From: a virus
IMG/VR virus record: IMGVR_UViG_3300036715_001783
Span: 1-64,000 of that record
Strand: one strand, 5' to 3'
DNA: 64,000 nt
The stretch's first letter is position 1, and the number at the start of each line of letters is the position of its first letter. This document shows, one piece after another, positions 39,477 to 50,617 of this stretch. The notes beneath the pieces are model-generated. The model saw only the letters and a program-made list of their open reading frames with translations, searched no databases and was not told the origin of the DNA. Both the position numbers and the translations under genes were made by a program.

Positions 39477-40203
39477 CATGAAACATCGAATAGTAACACA
39501 TTTTACTGCTCCGTTAGACCAACCTAATATTGTACAACAAAACTTAGCTGGTAATATTATTGAAGCAGATAATGTATCCATACAATTTGTTGATGATGTA
39601 CACACCAGGTATTCAGAAAATAATGGAAACATTGTTGGATTAAATATCAATGCTCCTGTGTGTTTAACTGGAAAACTAGTTAAGTGGTTAAACTATACTG
39701 GAGACCCAACCACAATAGATCAAGAAGCTACAAATTATGAGTATTTTGAAATGGTTAAATTATCTTAATTTATGAAAAAATTAATATTAGTATTGTTGTG
39801 GCTATGTTCTACGGCTGTGTTTGCCCATGGTAGTAGTCATGTATATCATTTTACAGCTGGCAAGGATAATATAGGAAATAGTTACTTGCATTGTAAAGAT
39901 ATTTACATTGCAGAAGTTGATTTGTTGTACTTAACTTGGAGTTATCCAACCCCACATGATTATAAGATACAACCTTATAAAGTGGCTTCACATCAATTAT
40001 CTAGGCTACAATCAGATTTTGATGATACCAATTGTCAAACATACAACACCCCAAAATATGACTTAAACCAATATCAATAAAACGGAATTTACTAAACATA
40101 TACCCAGCATTGGCTACAGTTAATGTTGGGATTTCAAATAAATGGGGCAGTTATTTGAAACTTTTATAAATATATGTTTAGAAACAATTAAAAGGAGATT
40201 TAC

Positions 40204-41049
40204 ATGAGTAACCCATGGGATTTAGAACATTTACGCAAAATTGCTGGTATTCCAGAAACCACACAATCAGTCCGTGCCTTACACGAAAGTTGGGACGATG
40301 GTGATGATGACGATGAAGATGAAGACGTAAAGCATGCTGACGATGAAGCAAAAAAACGTAAGATCAAATTACCAAGTGCTGGTAAGGTTGATCCAGATAA
40401 AGACCTGCACGATTTAGCAGCAAGTAAACAAAAAGCAAAAGCGAAAGTAGAAGAAGATAAGCCAAAACCAAGAGCTGGTGGAGTTGCTGATTTGGCTGCC
40501 CGCCAATCAAACACTGCTGAGTTTGAAAAAAAGCAACAAGCTAAAAAAGAAGCGGAAAAGGCAGCAGCAGCTGAAAAAAAGAAAAACGTGGATCCTGATG
40601 CACCAAAGAAAAAAAGAGGCAAAGCAGAAAGTGAAACTTCTAAATCTGGACAATTGCGTGCATTTATCCAACGTCATATTGATGATGGCCAAGACGCAAA
40701 GCAATTAAGAAAAGCAGCTTGGAAATGGGCTTCAGAAGAATGTGAACCACCTTTCACCCCAGCTGGTTTTAGTACTATCTTTCAAAGTATCAAATCAAAA
40801 AATGCAAAAAAACTTGCTGATAATGCAGAAGCAGCTAACGAGTGTTGGATTCTACGTCACCCTGCAATCCCTTCCTTTATTTTGAAAGAAGACACTGCAA
40901 TGGGTATGTATCAATGGATTTCAGACAATGATGTAATGGGTGAGCCATTAGTATTTGAATCAGAAGCAGAAGCATTACAAGTTGCAAATTATTTAAAACA
41001 ATTTAAAAACCAAAATGTTGATGTGGAATGGGTTGATTTAGATTACTAA
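40204..41049 (+). CDS. Late charged protein, probable virion internal protein
   Basis: TATAAATA upstream; LRKIAGI motif; LHES. Confidence 0.5.
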   Translation: MSNPWDLEHLRKIAGIPETTQSVRALHESWDDGDDDDEDEDVKHADDEAKKRKIKLPSAGKVDPDKDLHDLAASKQKAKAKVEEDKPKPRAGGVADLAARQSNTAEFEKKQQAKKEAEKAAAAEKKKNVDPDAPKKKRGKAESETSKSGQLRAFIQRHIDDGQDAKQLRKAAWKWASEECEPPFTPAGFSTIFQSIKSKNAKKLADNAEAANECWILRHPAIPSFILKEDTAMGMYQWISDNDVMGEPLVFESEAEALQVANYLKQFKNQNVDVEWVDLDY

Positions 41050-41142
41050 ACAACACCAGTCTCCAAAAAATCCCTATCATAGAAATATGGTAGGGATTTT
41101 TTTTGTTTATAAATACCAAGAATCATTTTATGTGGAGATTTT

Positions 41143-41640
41143 ATGAATATATTTTTATTACTTGGTCTATTAATCGCTATCCCAGCATCCGCTGATATAT
41201 CCCCTCCTATTTTACCTAGTCCGTTACTTACTCCTGGTGCTACTTATACATCTGATGCTACAGTCGCATGTAACACTAATACCGGAGGTGAATCTGATAG
41301 TATTAGATCTGTATCGGATAAAGTTAGACAGTCAGTATTTGCTGCATATAGTATACCAGCGGGAAACAAAACGGGATATTGTGAAGACAAGGGATGTGAA
41401 TTGGACCATTTAATTAGTTTGAAATTAGGTGGTAGCAACGATGAAAAAAACTTATGGCCCCAAAGCTATGCTGGTACAAAGAATGCTATTATGAAGGACA
41501 ATTTGGAAAAAAGGTTGATTGCTAGAGTGTGTAGAACTTCCAAATTGCATCCAGTACGCCTAAGTTTGAAAGAAGCGCAACATGCAATTGCCACTGATTG
41601 GGTAAAAGCATACAAAACGTATGTAACAAATAATCAGTAG
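41143..41640 (+). CDS. Secreted HNH-like protein
   Basis: Signal peptide; LTPGA, ELDHLISL.LGG.N...NLWP, KD.LE. Confidence 0.75.
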   Translation: MNIFLLLGLLIAIPASADISPPILPSPLLTPGATYTSDATVACNTNTGGESDSIRSVSDKVRQSVFAAYSIPAGNKTGYCEDKGCELDHLISLKLGGSNDEKNLWPQSYAGTKNAIMKDNLEKRLIARVCRTSKLHPVRLSLKEAQHAIATDWVKAYKTYVTNNQ

Positions 41641-41709
41641 AGTTGTTTTATTATCAAAATTATTGTATAATATTATTATTATTATTATTATCAACAAGGA
41701 GAGTATAAT

Positions 41710-42375
41710 ATGGCAACACACAAAATATCAAAGAGTATGAATTTTTCTTACGGACATCGGGTATACACCCAAAACTTAATTGAAGAATTTAGTTGCGATA
41801 CCTCGTGTAAATGTAAATATTTACATGGACATAACGCAGACGTAACGGTGTATTTCGAAGCTGAGGAATTGGTACGAGGGTTTGTAACAGATTTTAAACA
41901 TGCAAATTGGATCAATAAATTTTTGGACACTTATGTTGACCATAGATTTATTTTAGGGTTAGAAGACCCATGGTTTAATAAAATCATCAATGGACACATT
42001 GTTGGGCAGATGGAATTGTTGAATGGTATTCCAACAGGGAAATTTACTAAAATGGAATCTTTACAGCTTCCACGAGAAAACGGTGAGAATAGATATATTC
42101 CATTGCTGCCTGTATATATTCCTGAGACGGACGTAATAGTAGCACATATTCTTGATGTGAATGCATCGTGTGGGTTAGGTAAAGAAATTTTCCTAGATGG
42201 ACCTGAAAAAGAATTTTATGAAGGGTTTATTTTAGTTGATTTTGTTCCAACTAGTGAATATTTATCCAAATGGATATATGATTTAGTTACTGTGAAAATG
42301 GCAAAAATTGGAATTACCGTATCACAAGTTGATTTCAGTGAGACCCCAAAAACATTAGCATCATACATTGGGTAG
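41710..42375 (+). CDS. queD: 6-carboxy-5,6,7,8-tetrahydropterin synthase
   Basis: HR..C..LHGH, V.DF, DH.F, PTSE, ETP. Confidence 0.88.
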   Translation: MATHKISKSMNFSYGHRVYTQNLIEEFSCDTSCKCKYLHGHNADVTVYFEAEELVRGFVTDFKHANWINKFLDTYVDHRFILGLEDPWFNKIINGHIVGQMELLNGIPTGKFTKMESLQLPRENGENRYIPLLPVYIPETDVIVAHILDVNASCGLGKEIFLDGPEKEFYEGFILVDFVPTSEYLSKWIYDLVTVKMAKIGITVSQVDFSETPKTLASYIG

Positions 42376-42484
42376 AGTTAATTAACCAGTACATAAAAAG
42401 GAGCATTCATGCTCCTTTTTTGTATCTAATAGTTTTAAATCTTGAAGCATAAATATAGTATAATTATATTCAGGAGAATACCAA

Positions 42485-43603
42485 ATGTCATTTAAGTTAC
42501 TAACAGAAGCAATTCATGAAGCTCGTTTTGATGGGCAAACAAAACAATCCGTTAAGGTACTAGAAAAAGCTATAGGAAAAGATAAGGCCCGCCGCATAGT
42601 GGAAGGATATCAGATCTCACCTAAAGATTACAAAAAATGGTTAGGTGTGGTTAAGGGGTATGCACAAAGTGAAGGAATTAGATTGAGCACAAAAGCTGCT
42701 TTTGTTGAAGTTGCACACGCTGTACTCGAAAATGATCCAGCTCCAATTGATGTATCCATGCAAGATGCTATTGCTGAAACTTTATGGGCTCATTTTAAAG
42801 CTGAACAACAACACTCAAAAGTACAAAAAATTACCAGAGCACATGAGGAAGAAGAACAACTATCATATGCACTTAAACAGATGCGTGGTGGATGTGAGGA
42901 AGAGGAAGAGGAAGATTACCAATCAGATGACTTTGACGATATCGATAATGACGAAGAAGATTTTGATGACATTGGAGATGACGAAACTGATTTTGGTGGT
43001 AGTGGATTTGATGATGACCTTGATGATTTCGAAGACGATGATTTCGAAGACGATGATTTCGAAGACGATGATTTCGAAGACGATGACCAATTTAGTGACG
43101 AAGGCGAATTTGAGGACGATGATGAATTTGAAATAGAAGATGAAGAGGCTTCTAGTCCATTTACATATGGACAATTAGTTCAATATAAAAAGGACAACGG
43201 AACGTATAAAGTTGAAATCCCTGATGGTCCTGGAGATAATGTTGGTATTATGATGGGGAGCCGTATTAGAATGATTCCTAGTAAAGATTTGATTGTTCCA
43301 AAAGCTGACGAAGATGAAGAGGTAAATCAATTTACTAGTGAACGTCCAAAAATTTCTGGACTGTCTGATATTTTATCCGGTGCAAATTCTCAACAACATT
43401 TAAAACAGTTACAAAATGAAATTGAAACTACTGCAGCCAATGCTTGGACAAAACATCATGCTAAGTTGCCACCAAACCCACACCCAAGAGGTAGTTTAGC
43501 TGCAAAAGCCTGGGAACGTGGTATTAAAAAAGCTGCATCTGAAGTTTGGGCTCCGAAACCAGTTGTTGACCCAAAACTGAAACCAAAACCTAAGAAAAAA
43601 TAA
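42485..43603 (+). CDS. Late acidic-repeat protein, probable virion protein
   Basis: CATAAATA upstream; (FEDDD)n 15-bp repeats near 43023-43087. Confidence 0.55.
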   Translation: MSFKLLTEAIHEARFDGQTKQSVKVLEKAIGKDKARRIVEGYQISPKDYKKWLGVVKGYAQSEGIRLSTKAAFVEVAHAVLENDPAPIDVSMQDAIAETLWAHFKAEQQHSKVQKITRAHEEEEQLSYALKQMRGGCEEEEEEDYQSDDFDDIDNDEEDFDDIGDDETDFGGSGFDDDLDDFEDDDFEDDDFEDDDFEDDDQFSDEGEFEDDDEFEIEDEEASSPFTYGQLVQYKKDNGTYKVEIPDGPGDNVGIMMGSRIRMIPSKDLIVPKADEDEEVNQFTSERPKISGLSDILSGANSQQHLKQLQNEIETTAANAWTKHHAKLPPNPHPRGSLAAKAWERGIKKAASEVWAPKPVVDPKLKPKPKKK

Positions 43604-44043
43604 TTACCATTATCTCCCCCCACCATAATATACTAACCAACAGATACTTAATAATATTGTTGGTTGGTATTATCCACCCCCACCCCCACCAAGCATACCC
43701 ACCACTTTTTATATTATAGTACCAGTTCATGGACAGAACTGGTTTGGGTGTGGTGTATTTTATTAGCCATATAGACCCGGTTCAGGTTGGACTGGATAGG
43801 TCATGTCAATCGTTGCACCAGCTCAAATTGTATCCACTTTAAAAATTTTGAATTCCGTTTTCCAAAAATCAACCGATAAGTCAAATAGGGAACATTTTTT
43901 GTCCCCATTGACTTTATACTTCATTCGTGTATAATATGATTTTTCCATCAACAAATATATGAGAGAATATAACCATGGAATCAGTTGAGATTTTACCTAT
44001 TGAAGATGTATTGACAGTGTACCAAACTTGTAAACAAGGATAA

Positions 44044-44670
44044 ATGTTTGATGCTGGGGGCCATAGTTTCCGAGTCACTAAGCTACTTGCGGTTATTAGA
44101 AGAAATGGTATTACCTGTGCTGGATGTAATGCATCTGCACTATTTTTCACCACTGTTGACCAAAAACATCTTGCTAACAACATGGATGTAGGGTTAGCTT
44201 TGGTGTTTGAGCATACTGATCACGATAGTTCATATGTAGTAATGACAAAAGACCATATTATTCCAAGAGCTATAGGTGGTCCAAACAGTATGGTTAACTT
44301 ACAGCCAATGTGTAGTAAGTGTAACACCGATAAAGGACATGGATTTGATATTACCAATGTTCCCGATGCAGTTGCTCATTTACTTGATGACGATGGCAAT
44401 GTTAAGCCTCAAGTAACATCAACATCCAGTCACCCAAGTGCATTACAAATTATATTTTATAAGGGATATATTAGATGGTATACACAAGCGTGCCACCCAA
44501 ATACTACATTACATGGGTGGAACACAACGGTAAAACTCAACATAACAAAAAGACTCAAGGCAACGACCACAGACTTTAGCTCTGTGTTGTTTGAACTGGC
44601 ATTTAAACAATTACGCTACCAAATAGTCAATCAGACAAAAAAGCTAGACAACCAAAAACACACAACCTGA
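44044..44670 (+). CDS. HNH endonuclease domain protein
   Basis: C..C, TKDHIIP...GG.N...NLQ.MC..CN..K. Confidence 0.8.
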   Translation: MFDAGGHSFRVTKLLAVIRRNGITCAGCNASALFFTTVDQKHLANNMDVGLALVFEHTDHDSSYVVMTKDHIIPRAIGGPNSMVNLQPMCSKCNTDKGHGFDITNVPDAVAHLLDDDGNVKPQVTSTSSHPSALQIIFYKGYIRWYTQACHPNTTLHGWNTTVKLNITKRLKATTTDFSSVLFELAFKQLRYQIVNQTKKLDNQKHTT

Positions 44671-44759
44671 AACCAGCCAAGTGGTTTAAGTACAATTGAG
44701 TTGATTAATATTCAATTTGAAGTATAATAATGAAATATTCAATAACAAAGGAGTAATAT

Positions 44760-46886
44760 ATGACAGAAGTTACAAGTCCAAAAACCCACTATTTACGGAC
44801 GGGGAACAGTATTAGAGTGGTAAGTGCTGCAAATATCAACATTTGTGATGGGTTACCTCCTGGTAATTATATTGTACAGTTTGACCAACAATCTGGTGAA
44901 TATTTTTTGGAAACAGTTGATAACTTTACTATTCCAACAAAATTGTACGGTAATGTATTTGACCAAGCAGAGCGTATTATCTCTACGTTTATGGATCGGC
45001 CTAATACAACTGGAGTATTGTTAACTGGTGAGAAAGGTAGTGGTAAAGCACTTCGTGTTGACCAATCTGTGTATACTCCAATGGGAGAACGTAAAATTGG
45101 TGAGTTGGTTGTAGGTGATATGATTTATGGTGCAGATGGTAAATTAACAACTGTATTGGGAGTATACCCACAAGGTGTGCGAGATATGTTTGAAGTTACA
45201 TTTAACGATGGTAGCCAAGTTATTGCAGATGGTGAACATTTATGGGATGTAAAACAAACAACTCGTAGCCAAGTCGGATTTCCAAAACAATCCACCAAAA
45301 ATCGAATTAAATCAACTATCCCAAAAATTCTTACAACAGCACAAATTAAACAGGCACTAAACGCAGGGGTTAAACATGTGGTGCCTTTATGTGGCCCTGT
45401 AGAATTTCCAAAAAGTGATGTTGATGCTGATAGATATACAATTGGGTTGTTGATAGGGGATGGTTGTTTGTGTAATCCAACATTAACAATTAGCTCAAAT
45501 GATCCAGCTATCGTAGAACACTTACAGATAGACAATATAATTAAATATACAAGTGGTGTTGATTATAGATTTGTTGACTGTAAACATTTAGTGGACCAAC
45601 TAACTTTGTTGGGGTTAAGAGGTACAAGAAGTAATACTAAGTTTATCCCCGAAAAATTAAAGTACGATTCGGTGGAAAACCGTTTTGCATTATTACAAGG
45701 GCTAATGGACTCTGATGGAACAGTTAGTAAAAGAGGGGGCATTACATACACCACCGTTAGTAATATCTTAGCAAATGACATGGTGTGGTTGGCAAGATCT
45801 CTCGGATTCAGAAGTTCAATCCAACACACTCGTGCACCTTCATATACACACAATGGAATTAAAAAAATTGGACAATTAGCATATACAGTCCAATTAACTG
45901 GAGAGCATACTGATAAGGTCTTTCGTTTAGAAAGAAAACAGGCAAGAGTTAAACCATGCTCATCAAATACTAAAACTATTGTGGATATTAAATCAGTTGC
46001 TCCCGATGAAGCTGTATGTATTTTGGTAGACAATGAATCTCATTTGTTTGTAACAAACGATTTTACAGTAACTCACAACACAATGCTCACAAAAGTCATC
46101 AGTACAACATTAGCTGCCAAAGGAATTTCAACAGTCGTTATTAACGAGTGTATGTATGGAGACTTATTCAACAAATTTATTCAGATGATTGATTCTGAAT
46201 GTGTAGTGTTATTTGATGAGTTCGAAAAAGTATATCCAACAGATGTCCAAGAAAAAATGCTGACATTGTTGGATGGGGTATTTCCATCAAAGAAATTATT
46301 CTTATTCACTAGCAATTCATCTAGCCGGATTAATTCACACCTGATGAACCGTCCTGGTCGTATTTTTTATGTGTTGAAATATGCTGGCCTAGACAGTGAG
46401 TATATTACTCAATACTGTAATGATGTGCTTGTCGATAAGTCTTATATTGATGAAATTTGTCGATTGTCACTATTGTTCTCTGCATTTAACTTTGATATGC
46501 TTAAAGCATTAGTTGAAGATATGAACAGATATAACGAATCTCCAACTCAAGTTATGAAGCTGTTGAATGCCATTCCAGAAGATACTGGAAACAATAGTTT
46601 TGATGTTGAATTGTCGTACAAAGGTGAATGGTTTAACAAAGGTCAGTTGGATGATCATGGCGCTTGGAGTGGCAATCCACTGGATCCACGAGGGGTTGGT
46701 ATTGAATACCGCAATCCAAACCCAAACGAAGATAATGATTCCAATTATTGGTTAACAGTTCTCCTGTTTAGTGAGAACCTCACCAGAGTGGACATCGAAA
46801 CTGGTACGTTTGAATATGCAAAAGATGATTTTGTACTTCGACTGAAACGAAGCAAAACATTGTCGTACCAATACTCTGCTTTCTAA
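44760..46886 (+). CDS. AAA ATPase containing an intein
   Basis: GEKGSGK|intein|TML; LFDEFEK; LLDG; NRPGR. Confidence 0.9.
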   Translation: MTEVTSPKTHYLRTGNSIRVVSAANINICDGLPPGNYIVQFDQQSGEYFLETVDNFTIPTKLYGNVFDQAERIISTFMDRPNTTGVLLTGEKGSGKALRVDQSVYTPMGERKIGELVVGDMIYGADGKLTTVLGVYPQGVRDMFEVTFNDGSQVIADGEHLWDVKQTTRSQVGFPKQSTKNRIKSTIPKILTTAQIKQALNAGVKHVVPLCGPVEFPKSDVDADRYTIGLLIGDGCLCNPTLTISSNDPAIVEHLQIDNIIKYTSGVDYRFVDCKHLVDQLTLLGLRGTRSNTKFIPEKLKYDSVENRFALLQGLMDSDGTVSKRGGITYTTVSNILANDMVWLARSLGFRSSIQHTRAPSYTHNGIKKIGQLAYTVQLTGEHTDKVFRLERKQARVKPCSSNTKTIVDIKSVAPDEAVCILVDNESHLFVTNDFTVTHNTMLTKVISTTLAAKGISTVVINECMYGDLFNKFIQMIDSECVVLFDEFEKVYPTDVQEKMLTLLDGVFPSKKLFLFTSNSSSRINSHLMNRPGRIFYVLKYAGLDSEYITQYCNDVLVDKSYIDEICRLSLLFSAFNFDMLKALVEDMNRYNESPTQVMKLLNAIPEDTGNNSFDVELSYKGEWFNKGQLDDHGAWSGNPLDPRGVGIEYRNPNPNEDNDSNYWLTVLLFSENLTRVDIETGTFEYAKDDFVLRLKRSKTLSYQYSAF
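45048..46079 (+). mobile_element. Class 3 intein with LAGLIDADG endonuclease (344 aa)
   Basis: Ala1 (ALRVD), EHLWDV, IGLLIGDG, LQGLMDSDG, VCILVD, VTHN/T. Confidence 0.9.
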
Positions 46887-46949
46887 GTAAGGGTTAGTTA
46901 AAGCGGTGAGCATGCTCACCGCTTTCCTTTTATAACAATTCGGAAAACT

Positions 46950-47402
46950 ATGAAAAAATTAATGTGCTGTGTTTTATTGTGTATTTCCACCTCAGTAGCA
47001 GCATTTGATCAAGAATTAAATTCTGTTGCAGAACAAAATATTAAAACATTCAAGATGTCCCAGTCAGAACCTGGAGACATTCAATGTGGAGTTCAAAAAT
47101 TACCAATACACCAATTAAACAATACAATTGGTATTCAAGTATTCACATTAACTGAATGTGGTGGTGGCAACCATGCTGAGCAATATGTTATGGTTTTGAC
47201 AAAACACACAATGTGGAAAACAGCTATCATTTCTCTAGTTGGGAATGATATGGGATTTACGGCAGACTTCATCCGAACCAACTCATCCAATATATTTACA
47301 TTATATGGTTCAGTGCTCATGGAAAATGATGCACATTGTTGCCCTTCTGGAAAAACGCATCATACATACCAATGGAAGAACAATAAGTTGTATACAAAAT
47401 AG
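46950..47402 (+). CDS. Secreted LppP/LprE-like protein
   Basis: Signal peptide; GGGN, D.HCCPS. Confidence 0.6.
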   Translation: MKKLMCCVLLCISTSVAAFDQELNSVAEQNIKTFKMSQSEPGDIQCGVQKLPIHQLNNTIGIQVFTLTECGGGNHAEQYVMVLTKHTMWKTAIISLVGNDMGFTADFIRTNSSNIFTLYGSVLMENDAHCCPSGKTHHTYQWKNNKLYTK

Positions 47403-47405
47403 CCT

Positions 47406-47735
47406 TTAACTTTCTTTGTAATATTCAGCAATTAACTGTAAGTCACTTTCAGATGCGTTATTTTTCAGTCTATTTGCTTTCCAACTAATCACACAAATAT
47501 TATCTTTTGAGTATCCAAGAGATGAATCTTTCCTATCAATGCTGTATGAGTTATCCATAGCCTTTCCTCTATTAAACTTTAATGGTATATTAAGGATGGG
47601 GCAAGTAATAGGATAGCTTAACTCGTACAAATCTGTAACTTCCAAATCAAAAGATATGTTTCTTTTCTTCGCACTCATTTTCAATCTGTTATATATCAAC
47701 TTAATGTCTGGTAAATAATCCATTAACAACTCCAT
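47406..47735 (-). CDS. Small HNH-like endonuclease
   Basis: AK.R...F.L, CPIL, SIDR.DSS.GY..DN...IS..AN.LK. Confidence 0.75.
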   Translation of the reverse strand: MELLMDYLPDIKLIYNRLKMSAKKRNISFDLEVTDLYELSYPITCPILNIPLKFNRGKAMDNSYSIDRKDSSLGYSKDNICVISWKANRLKNNASESDLQLIAEYYKES

Positions 47736-47780
47736 TGTTTGTATAAATATTTAGTAAGATACATTAAGGGAGAATTTCAA

Positions 47781-48416
47781 ATGAACTATCTACAAACATA
47801 TCAACAAGCTCACGGATTAACACCAGATGGAGTTATTGGTAAACAAACAGCAAAAGTTATGATGGAAGACCTTGGCATTACGTCTATAGTGGAGTTCTGT
47901 CATTTTATAGCTCAAGTCGAACATGAATCTGGACACTTCACAGCAGGTAGAGAAAATTTAAACTACAGTGCAAATGGATTGGTTGCCACATTTGGAAAAT
48001 ATTTTAGTCCTGGTGAGGTTGCTAGTTATGCAAGACACCCAGAAAAGATTGCCAACCGAGTGTATGCAAATCGTATGGGCAATGGTGATGAGGCATCAGG
48101 GGATGGTTGGAGAAATAGGGGAGTTGGTGCACTACAGTTAACTGGTGCTGATAATATCCAACAATTTCTTAAATCAGAAAACTTACCATTGGATACCAAT
48201 CCAGAAGTGTTGATTCAACCAGATTTTTATTTTAAAACAGCAAAGTATTTCTTTGATGTTAATCAGGTGTGGAAAAACTGTCAAGGTGGTGCAGACCTTA
48301 ACATTATTAAAGTGTCTAAACATATTAATTTGGGTAATGCTGATAGTATCCGTAAGCCAAATGGGCTAGCTGAACGAATTACACTCACCAAAAAATACTT
48401 ACATGCATTAACATAA
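47781..48416 (+). CDS. Endolysin: peptidoglycan-binding domain plus GH19
   Basis: Q..HGL.PDG..G..T; F.AQ..HES, ENLNYS, ANRVY..RMGN, GDGW..RG.G..QLTG..N. Confidence 0.9.
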   Translation: MNYLQTYQQAHGLTPDGVIGKQTAKVMMEDLGITSIVEFCHFIAQVEHESGHFTAGRENLNYSANGLVATFGKYFSPGEVASYARHPEKIANRVYANRMGNGDEASGDGWRNRGVGALQLTGADNIQQFLKSENLPLDTNPEVLIQPDFYFKTAKYFFDVNQVWKNCQGGADLNIIKVSKHINLGNADSIRKPNGLAERITLTKKYLHALT

Positions 48417-48418
48417 TT

Positions 48419-48964
48419 ATGAAACTATCTGATTTGGGAGTACCTCCTTTACTTGAAATAATTCAAGGAGGTAGTCAACCATTGGGGTTGATAAATTCTA
48501 TGATACTTAAACAATTAACAAATACTGGGCAAACTATTGAAGGGTTAGAGTTGTATGCTGCTTCTTTTAACCAAGATGATATTATTTTTGCTCTTAAACA
48601 GAATAATAAATTTGTTACTTTATTGATTGGTGAATTTATTTCAGATTTCCCAGGTACTAAGAAAACAATAGTTATCCATAGAACATACACTACAAAATTA
48701 TTAAGAGGTAAAGGGTACTCTCCTGCACTGATGTATGGATTATCCCAATTGGGGTATAGGCTAATATCCGATGGTCAATTATCATCGGATGCTATGAAGG
48801 TGTGGAGTAAGTTAAAAGACAAAAAACCGGTAACAGCATTTGATACAGACACTCAACAATTTACTACACTTGACCCCCAACAATACCCATCTGTTCGATA
48901 TGTATTAGAAGCTACTTATATTAACAAGAATTTGCTATTACTAGATTCAAACCATTTTACATAA
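48419..48964 (+). CDS. GNAT-like protein
   Basis: LRGKGY...L, L.SD..LS.DA.KVW. Confidence 0.55.
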   Translation: MKLSDLGVPPLLEIIQGGSQPLGLINSMILKQLTNTGQTIEGLELYAASFNQDDIIFALKQNNKFVTLLIGEFISDFPGTKKTIVIHRTYTTKLLRGKGYSPALMYGLSQLGYRLISDGQLSSDAMKVWSKLKDKKPVTAFDTDTQQFTTLDPQQYPSVRYVLEATYINKNLLLLDSNHFT

Positions 48965-49121
48965 ACAATTGATTTGTTGACAACGATCGTGTATAATATC
49001 TTTTTATAAACAACATAGGGGATATTATACAAGGAGTTACATTTATTTGGTGCAGAAATACTGGTGTAACAATAAGTATTATTGTTAGATGTAAAATAAA
49101 TCAACGTTAAGGAATAACATT

Positions 49122-49856
49122 ATGAGCAGAGTTAAAGTTAAACGTAAATCCGAGATTAGAAGATACACCAACACCCAAGAGACAGAAACAACTTATGATG
49201 ACCACCAACCACATAGTTATCATGAAAAAGTAAGTTTTGAACCTGTCAAACCAATGAATAAATCACAGGAACGATACATCAATGCTATCAATGGAAATAT
49301 TATTACATTTGGAGTTGGTTGTGCTGGTACTGGTAAAAGTTTTGTTGCAGCAGGAGTTGCAGCAGATATGCTCAGAGAATGTCACATTGATAAAATCATC
49401 ATCACCCGTCCAGTATGTGAAACTGGTAGAAATCTAGGTGCCCTTCCTGGTGAATTAAATGAAAAATATGCTCCTTACATTGAACCTTTAATGGACGCCC
49501 TTAATAAACAATTAGGAGCTAGTTGGGTTCGCAATCTAGTTAAAAATAACAAAATTATTGCAGCTCCAATGGAGTTTATGCGGGGCAAAACGTTTGATAA
49601 TTGTGTTGTCATTATTGATGAAAGTCAGAATACCACACCAGAGCAAATGAAAATGATGCTCACCCGTATAGGCAAAAATTGTAAAATGGTAATCACTGGT
49701 GATACAAAACAAAGTGATTTAAAGCAACACAATGGATTAACTTATGCTGTTAGTAGAATAGGACGAGTTGATGGAGTTAGTGTTGTGGAATTTGGTCTCA
49801 ATGATATTGTTAGACATGGTATTGTTAGAGATGTCCTTATAGCTTGGGAGGACTAA
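49122..49856 (+). CDS. phoH: PhoH family ATPase
   Basis: G.AGTGKS, ITRP, LPG, FMRG.TF, DESQN, LTRIG, GD..QSD, DIVRH. Confidence 0.95.
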   Translation: MSRVKVKRKSEIRRYTNTQETETTYDDHQPHSYHEKVSFEPVKPMNKSQERYINAINGNIITFGVGCAGTGKSFVAAGVAADMLRECHIDKIIITRPVCETGRNLGALPGELNEKYAPYIEPLMDALNKQLGASWVRNLVKNNKIIAAPMEFMRGKTFDNCVVIIDESQNTTPEQMKMMLTRIGKNCKMVITGDTKQSDLKQHNGLTYAVSRIGRVDGVSVVEFGLNDIVRHGIVRDVLIAWED

Positions 49857-50617
49857 TCCCATTGACTTTTAATATATAATCCCATATAATCCTCTTTTAA
49901 TATATCTAAAGGGGATTATTATGAACGGCATTGAAATAGATAGTACAGTAACAGCACTTGTTGATTTTGGCGAAGTTAAAGCAGGTGATGTTGGAGCAGT
50001 CGAAGATATTCAACCCAACCCCACACCTGACAAGTGAGTATAAAATCAATGAAGATAAATCCAATTTTGATGTTGATTATACTCGTGATAGCTGCGGTAG
50101 CGACTGGCAAAAAGATAATCAACAATACTAATGCTAAATCTATTTGGCAAGATATTATCATTGTTATCACAAACGAATAACTTATTAAGGAGTTCAAATA
50201 TGTCTGACAATAAACATTATAAAATTAACTTGTGGAAGGTATTAGCTGTTGTGGTATTGTTAGCTGTTATTGACTTGTTAATTTCAAATTACACATCATA
50301 CCAATCAAAAATTGATTGGTATGATGTGTGGTATTCCATCACAAATTTCATATACGATGACAGTGTTCCTGTTGAAACTTGTATGAAAACTCAATGTGAT
50401 GACCCCAAGCTTCCTTTTTGGAGCAAATTATGACTGAAACAATTGATAGTAAACATAAGCAAGGCGATATCGTGTATTTTGCAACTGATAGCACCAGAAT
50501 GGTAGTGTTATTAGTTAAAAACCCTCAAGGTGATGTGTGATATATGTGTGGTTGATTATACACCCGTAACCATTATCAAATGGCTGATTTACCTGAGTGT
50601 GCATTACGGAGTAGAGC

